Assembly (NCBI GenBank): GCA_964035545.1 | Contig: OZ037770.1 | Span: 12,576,642-12,640,641, forward strand | DNA from: Bugula neritina | Taxonomy: Eukaryota; Animalia; Bryozoa | Direction: 5' to 3' | Length of the DNA stretch: 64,000 nucleotides | Part shown: in pieces, positions 15,101-26,643 of the stretch | How the letters are laid out: each line of letters starts with the position of its first letter | Numbering within the stretch: the first letter of the stretch is position 1 | Made by a program: the position numbers and the translations under genes | The notes under the pieces: generated by a model | Told to the model about the DNA's origin: nothing | What the model saw: only the letters and a program-made list of their open reading frames with translations | Databases searched by the model: none

Positions 15101-18100
15101 TTCGCTCTCATTTGTCTGTTTTTCAAGTTACTAGTTCAATAAAATCTAGTCTAAATGCTGCATCTGTTGTCTGTTATAGGTATCAGTTGGTTGTTTCTAT
15201 CTTTTTCATAACTTTCAGAATAAGGAAATTTTCATGTCATAAAAATGGCCCATTGTGCCCCAGTACCGGGTACAATGGACCACTGGGTGGGACGCAACAA
15301 ATATATTGAAACTTTGCTGATTTGGTTGCATCTGATCTTTATTTATTTAATATTGCAAATAAATAAAAATATTCTTTCAGATCTATAGCAAAAATCATGT
15401 TTTAGCTGTACAGTTTGTGCCACCACGGATACCAGAGAGAGGCAAAATCAAACGCACATCACTCATTTCTACGTGCCATTATCAGTACTGTTTAGAACTA
15501 TTTCTATTTCCACTTCGATCACAGGAACTTTCATCAGAAAAAATTTCAGTAACATGTACTACAAAATTCCGAGTGGACTTTTTTCTATGAACTGTAGCTA
15601 TAAGGTGCATGGCTGAGGTTTGTCACTGGAAGGCGGGAGAGGAGGGGGAGGGAGGAAATGAGCCAATCGCAATTTATTTTAGTCAAATACATGTATACTC
15701 CCTCAATGATATATAATGTATAATGAATATCATGACTATCCACTATAGTAGCAACAGCAGAGTGTTTTGTATTATGTATAAAATGACAAAGCTATAACCT
15801 CACCAGATGTATATATTAGGGGAGCTTCACCTTGTAGTTTGGTAGTCTTACCATGATATCTTTTAATATTTTACAAAAAGGCCAAAAATGGCTATATCTA
15901 TAGATTTTAGTAACATTTCATCTAACTCTTTGGGCAAACAAACTAATAACAGTGATCAGGGTGCAATGATCAGGTGGCCCATTGTGCCCCATGTAGCCAA
16001 GTTGAAAATAAATGTGGCTAAAAGAAAATTTATTTTAGATTTTGCTGTTTTACTAGTTAAGCAATGTAGAGACAAGCAATGGCAACAATATCAGGAAAAT
16101 CTAGGCTTGTTACCTTTCAGTGTAAAAAGTTATAAAGCTTTAACGACATCTTCAAAAATTTACAAAAAAGTAAGTAAAAACAGTTTTTGACTTGCCTCTT
16201 CAACACGCCGCAAGTGTTGAAACTACAATGGCTGAATAATTATGTCAATACCTTTTTATTAAAAAAACCATAACTCTAAGTTAATAAGTTCTCTCACAAT
16301 TTGGCCGTCTTTTTGTACCCCTATGACTGTTGTGCCCCCCCCCCCCTTACCTCTACAATGCTGCATTACTAAGTGCATATATAACTTGCTTTTTTCCAGT
16401 TTCCTGGGCTGAAAGTATAAATTGCAAAATGTAGCTTGTAGATGCAGAATACAAAAGATATGACAGTTTATTAATTTAACAACAAGTTGTATATAGTTTC
16501 CTAAGCAAGAAAGCAGCAAATAATATATTGGGTACACTTATAGTACTGGAATTAGTGAGAAGTATGAAAAACACTTTTGTTAGCCATAATAGCACTAATG
16601 TCACTGCTAGTAATAGGTTCATGTGTGGTACTCGAAGCAAATCTTGCAGATGCCCATTGGTGAGCTGTGTTCGATTACTATTTTTATATGGTTCATACTA
16701 GAAAACATGCATTCAAATTTATAAGTATAACCAAGTATGCTCAGTACTCTTAGTCCCAGTTTAGCTATTGAAGGGTACTTCTCACTGGTTACTGGTGAAG
16801 TGTAAAAGCTAACTGTTGCTGTGGCAGCAAAGTGATAAATTGATTTGCTACAGCATGGATATCACATAACTCAAGTTGTAATGCTGCTATAATTGTGCTC
16901 ACTGAAGCGTGATCATTAGTTACAGGCTTACAGCAGCTATATATTGGCCAGAATCTTCTCATGAGTCATCTTCATGATTGGCCAGTGTTGCTTAGTACAC
17001 ACATTATTAGAATTGCTAGTGATTGGCTGAGGGCCTGATTAAAACAGTAGAAGGGCCTGATGTGGCCCGCGGGCCGCCATTTGCCCATCCCTGATGTACA
17101 CTACCACAAGCATGTGTTTTAATTGATTAGAAAAATACCATATGGCAAAATTATAATTGAGCAGCTGAGTTTTTATCTGTAACCTTTAAAGTTTAAACAG
17201 ATAAAATGTGACTCACTGCATATAAACTGCATCCAGATGTCCTTACAAAGTGCAAAGATTAGCCTTGTGGCTACAGTTTCCATCTGCTAATTTAACAGAA
17301 TGTACTATTATATTCAGCAATCAGACATGTTTTAGTTTTACTAAAGTCCAAAATCTAAAAGTCTAACACTTTAACAAACAGTTTCAACAAATATGAACTA
17401 CTAGTCAGCCCTTGTCTAACAGTTGTATCCATAGCTTTCTAGATTTACTAAACTGTTGATGTACACGTTTACTGCAACAATCAGCTGATACTGGAAGCCA
17501 CAAATCGTATTTCTAAATCATCGACATGTGATTTATCAGAAAAATTTTGGCTTTAGCCAAATTTTCAAGTAAATATTTGAATTTTTCGTAACTCACACAC
17601 TACAGTAAACTGTAGGTATTGGAATACTCCATAAACTTAGTTATCTGAGTAATAGACTCATGTTTCCTTCCCAATCACATGTGAACACAAAGTACATGAG
17701 CTCAAGATATAGGTTATGTAATAAACATAAACCAAAGAGAAGGGTTTCTAAGTGGGCCTCTCAAAGATCATCTCCATTTAACTTGTAGAACTTATTAGAT
17801 ACCGTGGTATACAGTGCTGGGAGTTGAAGATCAACTTGACTGGCTCATTATTGACTTAGCGTGTCTTGTTTAATTTGAAAATCATTATATACCATGGCAA
17901 ACAGCAATCCCTTCGTATCTCATTAAGCTACTAACTTCATGACATAGTAGAATACTAGTTTTAACACAGAAATCAGATAAATTCGACCATTTTGTCTTCA
18001 TACATAAGCCACAATATGGGGGTCCAAGGAACTGTGAGATATGGAAGAACTGTATTAAAACCGTGAGCCCACCGAGACAGTAGAATCCAGCCTGCGCCAT

Positions 18101-20289
18101 CTTCACACCAGAAAAACGTCCAGAATGAGGCCAGTTGACAAGGAAACTCTTTCTTCTTTGTCTCTCATCCACCATCAGTGATTCTCTTTCTTCCAGAGTC
18201 AACTCTTTCAGTACGTAAGTTAGAAACTCTCTTGGAGCCATTGCATCTACAAATAAATTCCAAAATACACAGTATGTTATACGGAATTCCCTCAGTAAAA
18301 GCAATTTAGTGCAAGTCCAGCAGTTAATGTTAGAATGGTTCATTCTGCTATTGGATATAAACACACCTAGACTTTTCTGAAGAGATACTGGCAGAAGTGG
18401 GTTGTGGTTTTCAGGGTACCTAGCAACAGCGTAGACAAAGATATCGCGCCCACTGCCAGCATACAACGGTGTAACTGAGGGTGGGGGTCGTAACGCCTCC
18501 CTCAACTCGTCTGAACAGAAATCTCCACAAGAAGTAAAATACGGCTCCATTTTCTCAAACTCAACTTGATTGTCTAAAAATGAGGAAGATTGCACTTCAC
18601 TGCTTTTCAATAAAAAGCTCAGAGGTAAAATAGCTATCAGCAAACAATAAAAGCATTACGTAAACAATGTAAAGTACAAACAAAATTGACAGAACTACTT
18701 TCTTACCTTCAGCTATTTTAGATTTTAGACTCTTGTCAAGCTTCGATGGACCAGAAGAGCAACTAAAACATTGAAACCAGATTTACTGGCACTATGTACC
18801 ATGCCGTGCTGAGAACTATAACTGAAACTCAATGGAATAGTGGCATTACAGATTATATAATATGATTATGTAATACTTATTATGCTAACTAGCATTTATA
18901 AAGTTCAATGACCGAACCTGTGAATAGAAGCTGGTATGAAATTACTGTCATAAAGTAGAAGAGGAAAATCCTTGCTATGACGCAGTAAGACGTTGCATTT
19001 ATTCCAAACGTGGTGATGAAAGAACAATTCACTAGCTTCTGCCTTTTTCGGCATTTTGAAAAACTTATTAAGAAATTTGAAGCCAAAACGTGTCCACTGT
19101 CGCCTGTGAATTCTTGTTCTTCTTGCAATTTTTTTAAAACTGCCGTTAATGCTTTCCAAAGACCTCATCTGAAAAAGAACATATACATGATCATGCAAAA
19201 TTATGCAAAAACTCATTTTTTAAACTATAAAATTTTTTTACAAGACTTTTCTAGGGATTTTGGTAAAATTTAAATGTTAAAAACAGGATGAAAATTATAG
19301 AGTTGAAATGCAAGACTTAGTTTTTTTGCATGAACTCCAATACTAGGCAAAAAGCCATATAAAAAAACAGAGTATACCATACTACAACACAGTAGAAAAG
19401 TCATTAGGAAAGATATTAACATATACTAATTACCACAGAGCCTCAATCATTCTTCACAATCTGCTAGTCTACTGTTGATAAATGATACTAAAGCTTTCAA
19501 TTTTCACTGACTATAGTCCAAAAAGATTCCTTGGTTACATGTTTCCATAGAAACTGGTTAAACAACTGATGTTAGTACCAAACAAGTCTGTTTAAATTAG
19601 TATACCATGTTAACCACAATGTTATCACTCAAAATAGTGCATTGCAAGTAAATTTGAATATAGAATATAGTGTTTATAACCTATTTCAAAACAAAATTTT
19701 TAGGCACAAAATGGTTTTAAGAATGCTGTGTAAAAAAACCTTTGAAATTGGTCCATTCAAATTCCACCGTGCTATGGTTGGGGAGAGTTTATTGGAATTA
19801 TTGTAAATACAATTGCTTCCTTCACTTATAATATTAATTAATTTTATAATAGATAATTAAATATCACACTCGTAACTTCATGTTTCCATGCAGCAATGCA
19901 GAGAGAGATATCAGCACTTCTTCTAATTATTCTAATAGTTTCTCAAATCATAATGAATGTATTGCACTATTACATTGCAAATTTTATTTAGTTCTAGAGA
20001 ACAATATTGCCTAAAACAATCTGTAAATATATGTTTTCTATAAATTGCGGCAAATGTGTAAATGTCCCCTTCCCCCTATAGCTTTTCAACTACTGTATCT
20101 GTACTTTAAGTTTCTTGTAAAAAGTAATGTTTTAAAAGTGGCTAATAAGTTGACAAGGACCGACACTGAAATTCTAATTGACAAACTTTTGCAAACAGAC
20201 TCAATCAAGGTTGTAAATTATAACTAGTATACAGAGCTACTCACCAACAACAGCAAGAGCTCAAGGTCGTACAGAATGGCTGCCAACAT
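3145..20289 (-). CDS. Inhibitor of apoptosis protein (BIRC/IAP family): long N-terminal extension, 2 BIR domains, UBA-like domain, C-terminal RING; about 623 aa, 14 coding exons
   Basis: Phase-consistent GT-AG exons: 20245-20289, 18918-19168, 18707-18762, 18367-18573, 18073-18246, 13502-13702, 13144-13311, 11094-11196, 10471-10558, 8564-8633, 6827-6969, 4998-5091, 4063-4172, 3145-3306. BIR1 is RRKSF..WP..AGFY..DRVQCVFC-x16-H-x6-C. BIR2 is [50 protein letters not shown]. UBA-like segment LGYQLDAIQRVITLNGRPFPTVSELIDAL. RING is CIMC..LPCGHMIYCENC..CPYKHC, ending FKTYYA*. The first four exons and the start codon are less certain than the BIR-to-RING part. Confidence 0.88.
3758..3942. mobile_element. 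MITE with subterminal inverted repeats and an internal CCCTAA/CCCAAA-like array
   Basis: Left GCACAAATGGGAAAGTGGGAGAAAATGGCAC pairs with right GTACCATTTTTACCTACTTTGCCATTTGTGC. The interior is degenerate (A)ACCC(T)AA repeats. Lies in the last IAP intron. Confidence 0.55.
5331..5498. repeat. Minisatellite, about 19-20-bp unit (TGAAATACAGAGGGAGTCG), with a higher-order block duplication
   Basis: About 9 units. The block starting at 5331 recurs at 5426. Confidence 0.85.
5627..5765. mobile_element. Degenerate copy of the ~160-bp MITE also found at 12320 and 20402
   Basis: Shares AAAAGC.TGTGTTCTA..AATGTA..AAAGAA.TTA..TTTTGCAAGAA..CCAAAC..AAATT..AACTT.GGC with those copies. Confidence 0.5.
8011..8220 (-). 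mobile_element. tRNA-derived SINE copy (Meta-domain-like family)
   Basis: The reverse complement aligns by eye along its length with the copy at 35670-35886. Confidence 0.75.
11299..11459. repeat. Minisatellite, 29-bp unit (AACTCGGCCAAGTTACTATATACAGGTAC), about 5.5 copies
   Basis: AACTCGG recurs at 11323, 11352, 11381, 11410 and 11439. Confidence 0.9.
12320..12477. mobile_element. MITE, ~158 bp, with ~30-bp imperfect terminal inverted repeats flanked by TA
   Basis: GGTGCAGTAATGGAGAAATTGAGA..AGCCT pairs with AGGCTATCTCAATTTCTCCAATACTGCTCC. TA on both sides. Second copy at 20402-20564. Confidence 0.75.
13886..14032 (-). mobile_element. tRNA-derived SINE copy (internally deleted)
   Basis: GGCTAAGGACTT..GGGCACAGGAGCAATTATGACTGGATGTTCTTCCTAACATTACCAATGGC..CCTAGACCACAGCTGCTCC matches the reverse complement of 35670-35886. 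Confidence 0.7.
14967..17093. mobile_element. Non-autonomous hAT (Charlie/Buster-type) DNA transposon, 2127 bp including a nested insert
   Basis: Perfect 16-bp TIRs CAGGGATGGGCAAATG / CATTTGCCCATCCCTG. Perfect 8-bp TSD ATGTACAC at 14959-14966 and 17094-17101. GGCCCGCGGGCC subterminal palindrome. No transposase ORF. Confidence 0.9.
15059..16353. mobile_element. Nested non-autonomous TA-TSD DNA transposon (Tc1/mariner-pogo-like)
   Basis: Left end TA|GGGGTAATG(n)CACAAC pairs with right end GTTGTGC(n)TTACCTC|TA. Internal repeats of GGCCCATTGTGCCCCA at about 15247 and 15976. Confidence 0.65.
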
Positions 20290-20401
20290 GATGGAATCTA
20301 GAGACTGGAAGAAAACCATAAGGCATATTACCTATAGTTGATATATTTAACTACTTCCAAAAATAGTACTGTGGAAACTAAGTTATTCAGCATTCTAAAT
20401 A

Positions 20402-20564
20402 GGTACAGTAATGGAGTAATTGAGAAAAGCCTGTGTTCTAGAATGGAAATGTAGCAAAAGAAGTTGTGTTCTCGCAACACTTTTAACCATCCCCCGCCCC
20501 AAACCAAAATCTATAGAGAAATTTAAAAAAACTTAGGCTATCACAATTTCTCCACTACTACACC
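20402..20564. mobile_element. MITE, second copy of the 12320 family
   Basis: GGTACAGTAATGGAGTAATTGAGAAAAGCCT ... AGGCTATCACAATTTCTCCACTACTACACC, flanked by TA. Confidence 0.75.
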
Positions 20565-21781
20565 TAAATGGCTAGTACTTGAACTTTTTTGCTAAGTTTG
20601 TTTTATGAAAAAGTTTTCTCATAATTTACTGCGAAAACTCATTTAAAGAAGTTTCAAACATTTCCAAACTAAAACTGAAGACAGTCCAGAAACATATGCT
20701 ATTCTTAGAATCTTATTTTGCACGACATTTCCTAAAATGATCATAGCTCTTGCATCATGATGTGATTTTCAATATTTAAAAATTTCCATTCTACTTGCAA
20801 ATGTTAACCAACCGATATAACTGTGGACCCATTTGAAAACTTACACTGCAAGAGAAGTTAGCTATCAGCTCCAACATTACAACCACAGCCAACTCTCGAA
20901 ATTTACATTTCTTTGTTAAGTTTACTTTTGATGGTTCACACCCATCCTGATTATCCATTAGTTTTAAGAGGTCAGCCATTGCTTGATCAAGCTACAATTA
21001 TCAACATGTCTTGTTTTGATGCATATTATAACATAAACTATTAGAAAATATGATTGAAATCATAGTTACTGATACAAAATATAGTAAGAAAAATTGAGCT
21101 TGATAAAACAAGTTTGGTTTTGTAAAGAAAAACCAAAATAACAAAAAGCATATATTGTGATTATATAGTTTTGAATATTCTGTTGTTTCATATTTTTGCA
21201 TAAAAACAATTGCAGAATTATTATGTCTTGACACATATTTAAAAAAAAATTGAATAATTAAACTAGAACAGGTGCAGGCAGTGAAAATTCAAATTGCGTT
21301 CAAGTATCATTATAAACCTAGAAATATAATAACTTATGAATTATCACACCTTCAATGAAGTTTCTGTTTTAGTTTGACTGCTAGAAGGAGAAGTTTAGGT
21401 CGAGCACTTAAACTTGAAGAATGAGTAACTGAGTCTGAGGTTGAACTTGAAGTTGATGTGTTATCACTTATCACTCTCAATCTCATTGTTATAAATGATC
21501 AACATAATGATAAAGTTGAAGTAGTACTATTACTATTAGTAGTAACACTAATTGAATTAGCAGAATGAAAATTAGTCAATAAACTATAAGTATATAATAA
21601 TTATTATTATTATACTTATACTTATAGTCTTACTTGACTTACTTGAAGATGCAATCACGTTAGACCACTAGATTAGTGTAAGCGACGTGCCTCGTTTGGT
21701 GAACAGAATTATTAAATGTAGTTAATACTTTTATCGCATAAGTGCAGTTCTGTTTTAAGACTTTGGTGCCAGTACAGGGCC

Positions 21782-24569
21782 TTATGAGTCCTGTCTGTGA
21801 GCAGCATTTGATGTTATTTTCATATCACGTATTGTTCTGGGTAGGAAGCTGGCATGAAATAGTGAGGTGTTAGTTCTAAAAGTGGTGGGCATGCCATTTG
21901 ACTGGGACCTGGTGGTAACTGATGTAGTGGGCTGGTCGATGAGGTGTTCATACGATTTTGAGAGTGAAGGATGATATTCCTCTTTGGCCAGGATCCGCAT
22001 CAAGAGACTAAGTCGTAAGTCTTTGCGCCTGTTTTGCAGGGGGGTTAATCCAAGCCTAGATCTTGCCTCATCTGAGCCACCCCTGCCTTTAATACCTGCC
22101 ACAAATCTCACAGCCTGCTCTTGCACTTGCTCAATATCTACTACAGCCTTCTTGGAGCTCGGGTCCCACACAGCAGCAGCATATTCTAGGTGAGGACGAC
22201 ACAGGGCTTTGTATGCTATTAACTTCGCCTTTTCTGGTGCCCAATACAGTGCCCTTTTAATCATCCCGAGTTGTCGTTTTGCTGTGAGTAATTTCTGCTG
22301 GATATGCATGTCGAACTTCAGGTCTGATTGTATTGTGACACCAAGATACAACGCGTGGTCAACAACTGCGAGAGTCTGGCCTCCAAGTGAATAGTTATGT
22401 GTGAATTTTTTGTTACTAAAGATGATGATCTTGCTTTTTTCACATTGAAAGACATACCCATCCTACATGCCCAGGAGTCCAAAGAGTTCAGGTTGTGCTG
22501 AAAACGGGCTGTGTCCTGCTGGCTTGTGATGGTCTGGTACATTAAGGTGTCGTCTGAAAATAGGGCGACTGGGCAATCTACCTCGTTTGGAAGGTCATTG
22601 ATAAATATCAGGAAAAGCACAGGCCCGAGAACTGATCCCTGAGGTACCCCTGACGAGACTGGGAGACTGCTTGACACCTTACCATTAAGTATCACCCGCT
22701 GAGACCTATCAGTAAGGAAGTTATGTATCCAGTGAAGTATATGTGTGTCAATTGTTCCGATCCTGGAGATTTTTTCCATTAGAAGTGCATGCGGCACCTT
22801 GTCAAAGGCTTTTGTGAAGTCAAGCACCGCAGCATGAGTGCTCAAGCCTTTATCTGCCGCACTGAGAATATCATGCATGGTGGCACAGAGTTGTGTCTCA
22901 CATGATAGCCCTTTTCTAAAGCCGTGCTGTCTGCTGTGGAGGAAACCATCTATTTTCTCTAGTAAAATACCAAGAACAATGTGCTCTAGTAGCTTACATG
23001 GAATGCTAGTTAGGGAGATTGGCCTATAGTTATTGGCAGAGCTCCTGTCACCACTCTTGAAGATAGGGGTGACATTGGCAGATTTCCAACTGTCAGGGAC
23101 TTGTTATAGATCTGAGTCAGGCATTCTGCAGTCAGGTGTGTATCAATTGTAAGGTCAGCTTTACGTAGTTGGTCTGGCCCTGGAGCTTTCCCATTTTTAA
23201 GGCCTGCCAGTAGCTTCTTCACTCCCTCGATTTCAATATGGGTGGTGGGTTCATTAGCATGTGTCTTTAGTAGCTTTTGAAGCTGGTGTCCACTGTTGAA
23301 TTGCTTGTGAAAGTGGTTATTTAGGATATCTGCACACTCCACGGCATCATCTGTGGACGAGTTGTTTGGCTTGGTTAGACGAATGAGCTGTTTACTAGTT
23401 CGCGTACCCTTTAGGTGTTTGTAAAATGGTCTGCAGTTGCCTTCAGCCAGAGGTTTGCATATGCGTGACTCCAAATATGCCTTCTTGTGCTGTCGCATAT
23501 TTTTCTTTGCCTGCTTTCTGTACTGCGCATATAACTTATGATCAAAAGGGTCACCTGTCTTTTTAAATCTGTTATATAGGGAACGCTGCTTTTCAATCAT
23601 TTTCCGGCTATCCTGGTTAAACCACATTGGTTCAGCATTGTTTGGTGATCTCCGAGTTTTCTTGGGAACATACTTATTAACTGCTTCCCGTAGACCTGCT
23701 GTGAAAAACTCCCACATTGCATTGACATCATCTAAATCTGAGAGTTTATGTTTGATTTCCTGCAGAGTGTGCTGAAAGCTGCCAAGGTCAACCTCATTGT
23801 ACGCTTTAAATGTGTATTTTGACCTGTTCTTGTTTGCACGAGAGGAAATTTTGGCTGTCAAAATGAAGTGGTCACTTAGTCCAGGGCGAATAACATTGGC
23901 ATCTACTACTTGGTTTGGTCTGTTGGAGCATATTAGGTCTAGAGTGTTACCATGTATATGGGTCGGCCCAGTAATAAGTTGGTCAAGGTTATGTTGTGCT
24001 AGTATTGACAAGAATTCTAAATTAGGTGTTTTGTTATGAGACAGTGGTTTTACTCTGGGGCCAGTCCAGTCAATACCTGGCATGTTCATATCACCAATTA
24101 GTAGCAGGTGATCATTTGGATATTTCATTGTAACTTCCTCCAAGACTCCATGCAGTGGGCCAAGATCCCTGGCAGTTGGGGGTCTGTAGTAGCATCCTAT
24201 AAGCAGGGACTGATAAATACGGATGAAGATGATCTCAATGTTACTTGCATTGTTGCAAGAAACCTGTTCCACAGAAATCACATCATTGATGGCCAACAAA
24301 ACCCCACCCCCATGTACATCTCGGTCTTTCCTAAAAATGATTTTGTTTTGGTAATCAAAGATTTGATGGTCAAAGATTGTATGGTCCAGGTGAGTTTCAG
24401 TCAGACAGATGATGTCGTAATCATGGGTATCAGCAGAGAGCTCTTCAGTTTTACCTTTGGCTGACCTTATGTTTGTGGCAAATATTTTTAAACTGTCATT
24501 AAGTTGGAATTCTGTGGAGTTGGGCTGTGCTGGTTGTTTGAGTGGAGACCTATGCTCACTTCCCTCCAT
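21782..24569 (-). pseudogene. LINE ORF2 (APE endonuclease plus reverse transcriptase) with two frameshifts
   Basis: Endonuclease motifs ATNIRS, CLTETHL, HGGGV, GDMN, GNTLDL, SDH. RT motifs NYRPISLTS, QHGF, LDFTKAFDKV, GVPQGSVLGP, FSDDT, YLGV. Frameshifts near 23075 (deletion) and 22434 (1-nt loss). Confidence 0.9.
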
Positions 24570-25516
24570 TCCCCCGAGACAGGATCTTTCTTTTGTATTT
24601 TCAGACTTCTTATCCTGTATTCTCCATCAGTATCAGGGCTATGCTTTAGATCTCTAATTCGTTGACGTAATGCATATTGTTCTTCTCTTTTTTCCTTACT
24701 TTCATCTGGCTTGACAAACACATTGAACGATCTTAGAGAGGCATTCACTCTTTTAATGAACTCCCACTTACTTGCCTCGCTGGTAAATTCCACCTTGATA
24801 GGTCGGGGTCTGTTTGGATCTACAGGTCCACTTGTTCGAAGTCTTATAGCACTTTTTGGTTGCCGATCAGGTTGGGCATCGCTGTGTTGGAAGCAGTAGT
24901 TTTTCATTAGGTCTTTTACTTGATTCAGTGCAGTCATTTCTTCTTTTTCCTCAATCCCATAGACAATAGCATTGTTTTTCCTTGCTTCGTGCTGATTTGT
25001 TTCGAGGTGTTTCTGGAGAATGGCCTGAGCACTCCTGTTAATCTCTTGTGTTTTTCGCATACCCTCATCATTGGTTTTAACAGCTTCTGCATAAGACTTT
25101 TCTAACTTTTCCATCCTCATCTCAAGGCTATTATTGGCGGTAGTCATGTTTTTGATCAAACTTTCAATATTTGACAACTTCTCTGATGCGGCTGTGTTAG
25201 CAGCAATCACTGCTAGACTCCCTAAAGAAGCATCCTCATTTCTTATGGAAGCTGATTCAATTTGGAGACAGCATGTGTTACAAAACCATTTGATACCTTT
25301 TTTGTCGTTTTTGTCAAGAAAGCTTACATCAGCATTCTGAAGATCTTGACACATTCCATGGTACCATTCATGACAGAGGTCACAGTTCACCCATCTAGTA
25401 TTTATTTTGTGCTGCTTTCCCTTTGAGTTCCTACTACTCATGTAGCAATCAGCCTCCTTGCAGGTCTTACAAGGCGTTTCAGCTGGCTTGTCAGTCTCAT
25501 CATCAAGAGCAGGCAT
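24488..25516 (-). CDS. LINE ORF1 protein: N-terminal PHD finger, coiled coil, RRM-like nucleic-acid chaperone domain
   Basis: CKTC...WVNCDLCHEWYHGMC...WFCNTC is a C4HC3 PHD. NNAIVYGIEE and RPRPIKVEF are typical CR1/L2 ORF1 motifs. First ATG at 25516 (the ORF track starts at TTG 25534). The frame is intact. Confidence 0.85.
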   Translation of the reverse strand: MPALDDETDKPAETPCKTCKEADCYMSSRNSKGKQHKINTRWVNCDLCHEWYHGMCQDLQNADVSFLDKNDKKGIKWFCNTCCLQIESASIRNEDASLGSLAVIAANTAASEKLSNIESLIKNMTTANNSLEMRMEKLEKSYAEAVKTNDEGMRKTQEINRSAQAILQKHLETNQHEARKNNAIVYGIEEKEEMTALNQVKDLMKNYCFQHSDAQPDRQPKSAIRLRTSGPVDPNRPRPIKVEFTSEASKWEFIKRVNASLRSFNVFVKPDESKEKREEQYALRQRIRDLKHSPDTDGEYRIRSLKIQKKDPVSGEWREVSIGLHSNNQHSPTPQNSNLMTV

Positions 25517-26057
25517 GCTTTTTCTTTTTTGCAATCCAAGTTTGAATTTATACTGTGCTTATAATAATAATAGCATTAGCCCACACCCAAGGAGGCAAAG
25601 TGAAAATAATTTATACTTAAATTTGTAATTATTTAAACGATATACTGATGTTTATATCTATAGTAATACTAATACCAATAGACAATCACAATAAACATAG
25701 TAAAAATAAATGTAGTACTGGTAGTTATACTCCAAGTTCAAGTCCAAGCCCAGTGAGGCCGGACTAACACTAACAGACCCAGGGTCATTAATCATTATGA
25801 TTATGATTGAGTTTGACATTAGATTTACTTTTAATAAGTATTACCATTACTATTAGTATTATAAATAATAAAAATTAAAAAGAGGCAGCAACAACTAAGT
25901 CCAACTGAGTGAACAAGTCATCACCACAACTAAAAAGCCATGTTTATTTTGTTCATGCAGTTTGAGTTTGATCATTACAAAACTCCCACGTTGGAGGCGC
26001 GTTGTTAGCAGAGTGGTATATATTAGGAGTGTTGCCATTAGCAAATCATATGAGCGC

Positions 26058-26643
26058 CATTATGCCGAGATTGGTACCGCGAGTTTATATAAGTTATAAA
26101 GGAAAAATTTTGCCACTTTTGTTATTTTATTTTTTTTTTATTTTGTGTGTACATTTTTTTAGGTTTGTTTATTGAAGTTTTTAAACACATTTTTAATGCA
26201 CATTAAATTAAAAGAAAAATTAAAACTCAATCATGCACATAAATACAAAGCTATAAAGTTAAAGCTTCGCTGTGATTACAATGTGAATATGAATTGAATA
26301 ATGCTTGCAATAACCATTATACACAAAATACGTTACAGTTGCTATAAATGTAAGACTAGTTAATTGGATGCAAATACTACTTAATTTATGCTATTTTTGA
26401 ATTCAATTCATATTCACATTGTAATCAAAGCGAAGCTTAAACTTTATAGCTTTGTATTTACGTGCATGATTAAGTTTTAATTTTTTTTAAAATTTTATAT
26501 GTATTGAAAATATGTTTAAAACTTTACCAATAAACAAAACTAAAAAAATAGACACATAATATAAAAAAGAATAAAATCACAAAAGTGGCAAAATTTTTCC
26601 TTTATAACTTATATAAACTCGCGCTACAAATAGCGGCATAATG
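26058..26643. repeat. Long imperfect inverted repeat (foldback/MITE), ~250-bp arms and ~90-bp spacer
   Basis: CGCGAGTTTATATAAGTTATAAAGGAAAAATTTTGCCACTTTTGT near 26078 pairs with its reverse complement near 26579-26623. The inner arms GATTACAATGTGAATATGAATTGAAT and ATTCAATTCATATTCACATTGTAATC also pair. Confidence 0.9.

Larger units (their letters stand above)
21629..25600 (-). mobile_element. Near full-length CR1/L2-group LINE retrotransposon with a disrupted ORF2
   Basis: ORF1 (PHD, coiled coil, RRM-like) followed by ORF2 (APE endonuclease and RT). The 3' UTR ends in a short AAGTAAGTCAAGTAAG tandem tail at about 21629-21646. The 5' boundary is uncertain (25550-25800) and no TSD was found. 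Confidence 0.9.

Noticed and set aside
14572-16537. Several 60-126-aa ORFs inside and beside the hAT element
   Set aside because: No transposase motifs (BED finger, DDE, hATC). These are AT-rich chance ORFs.
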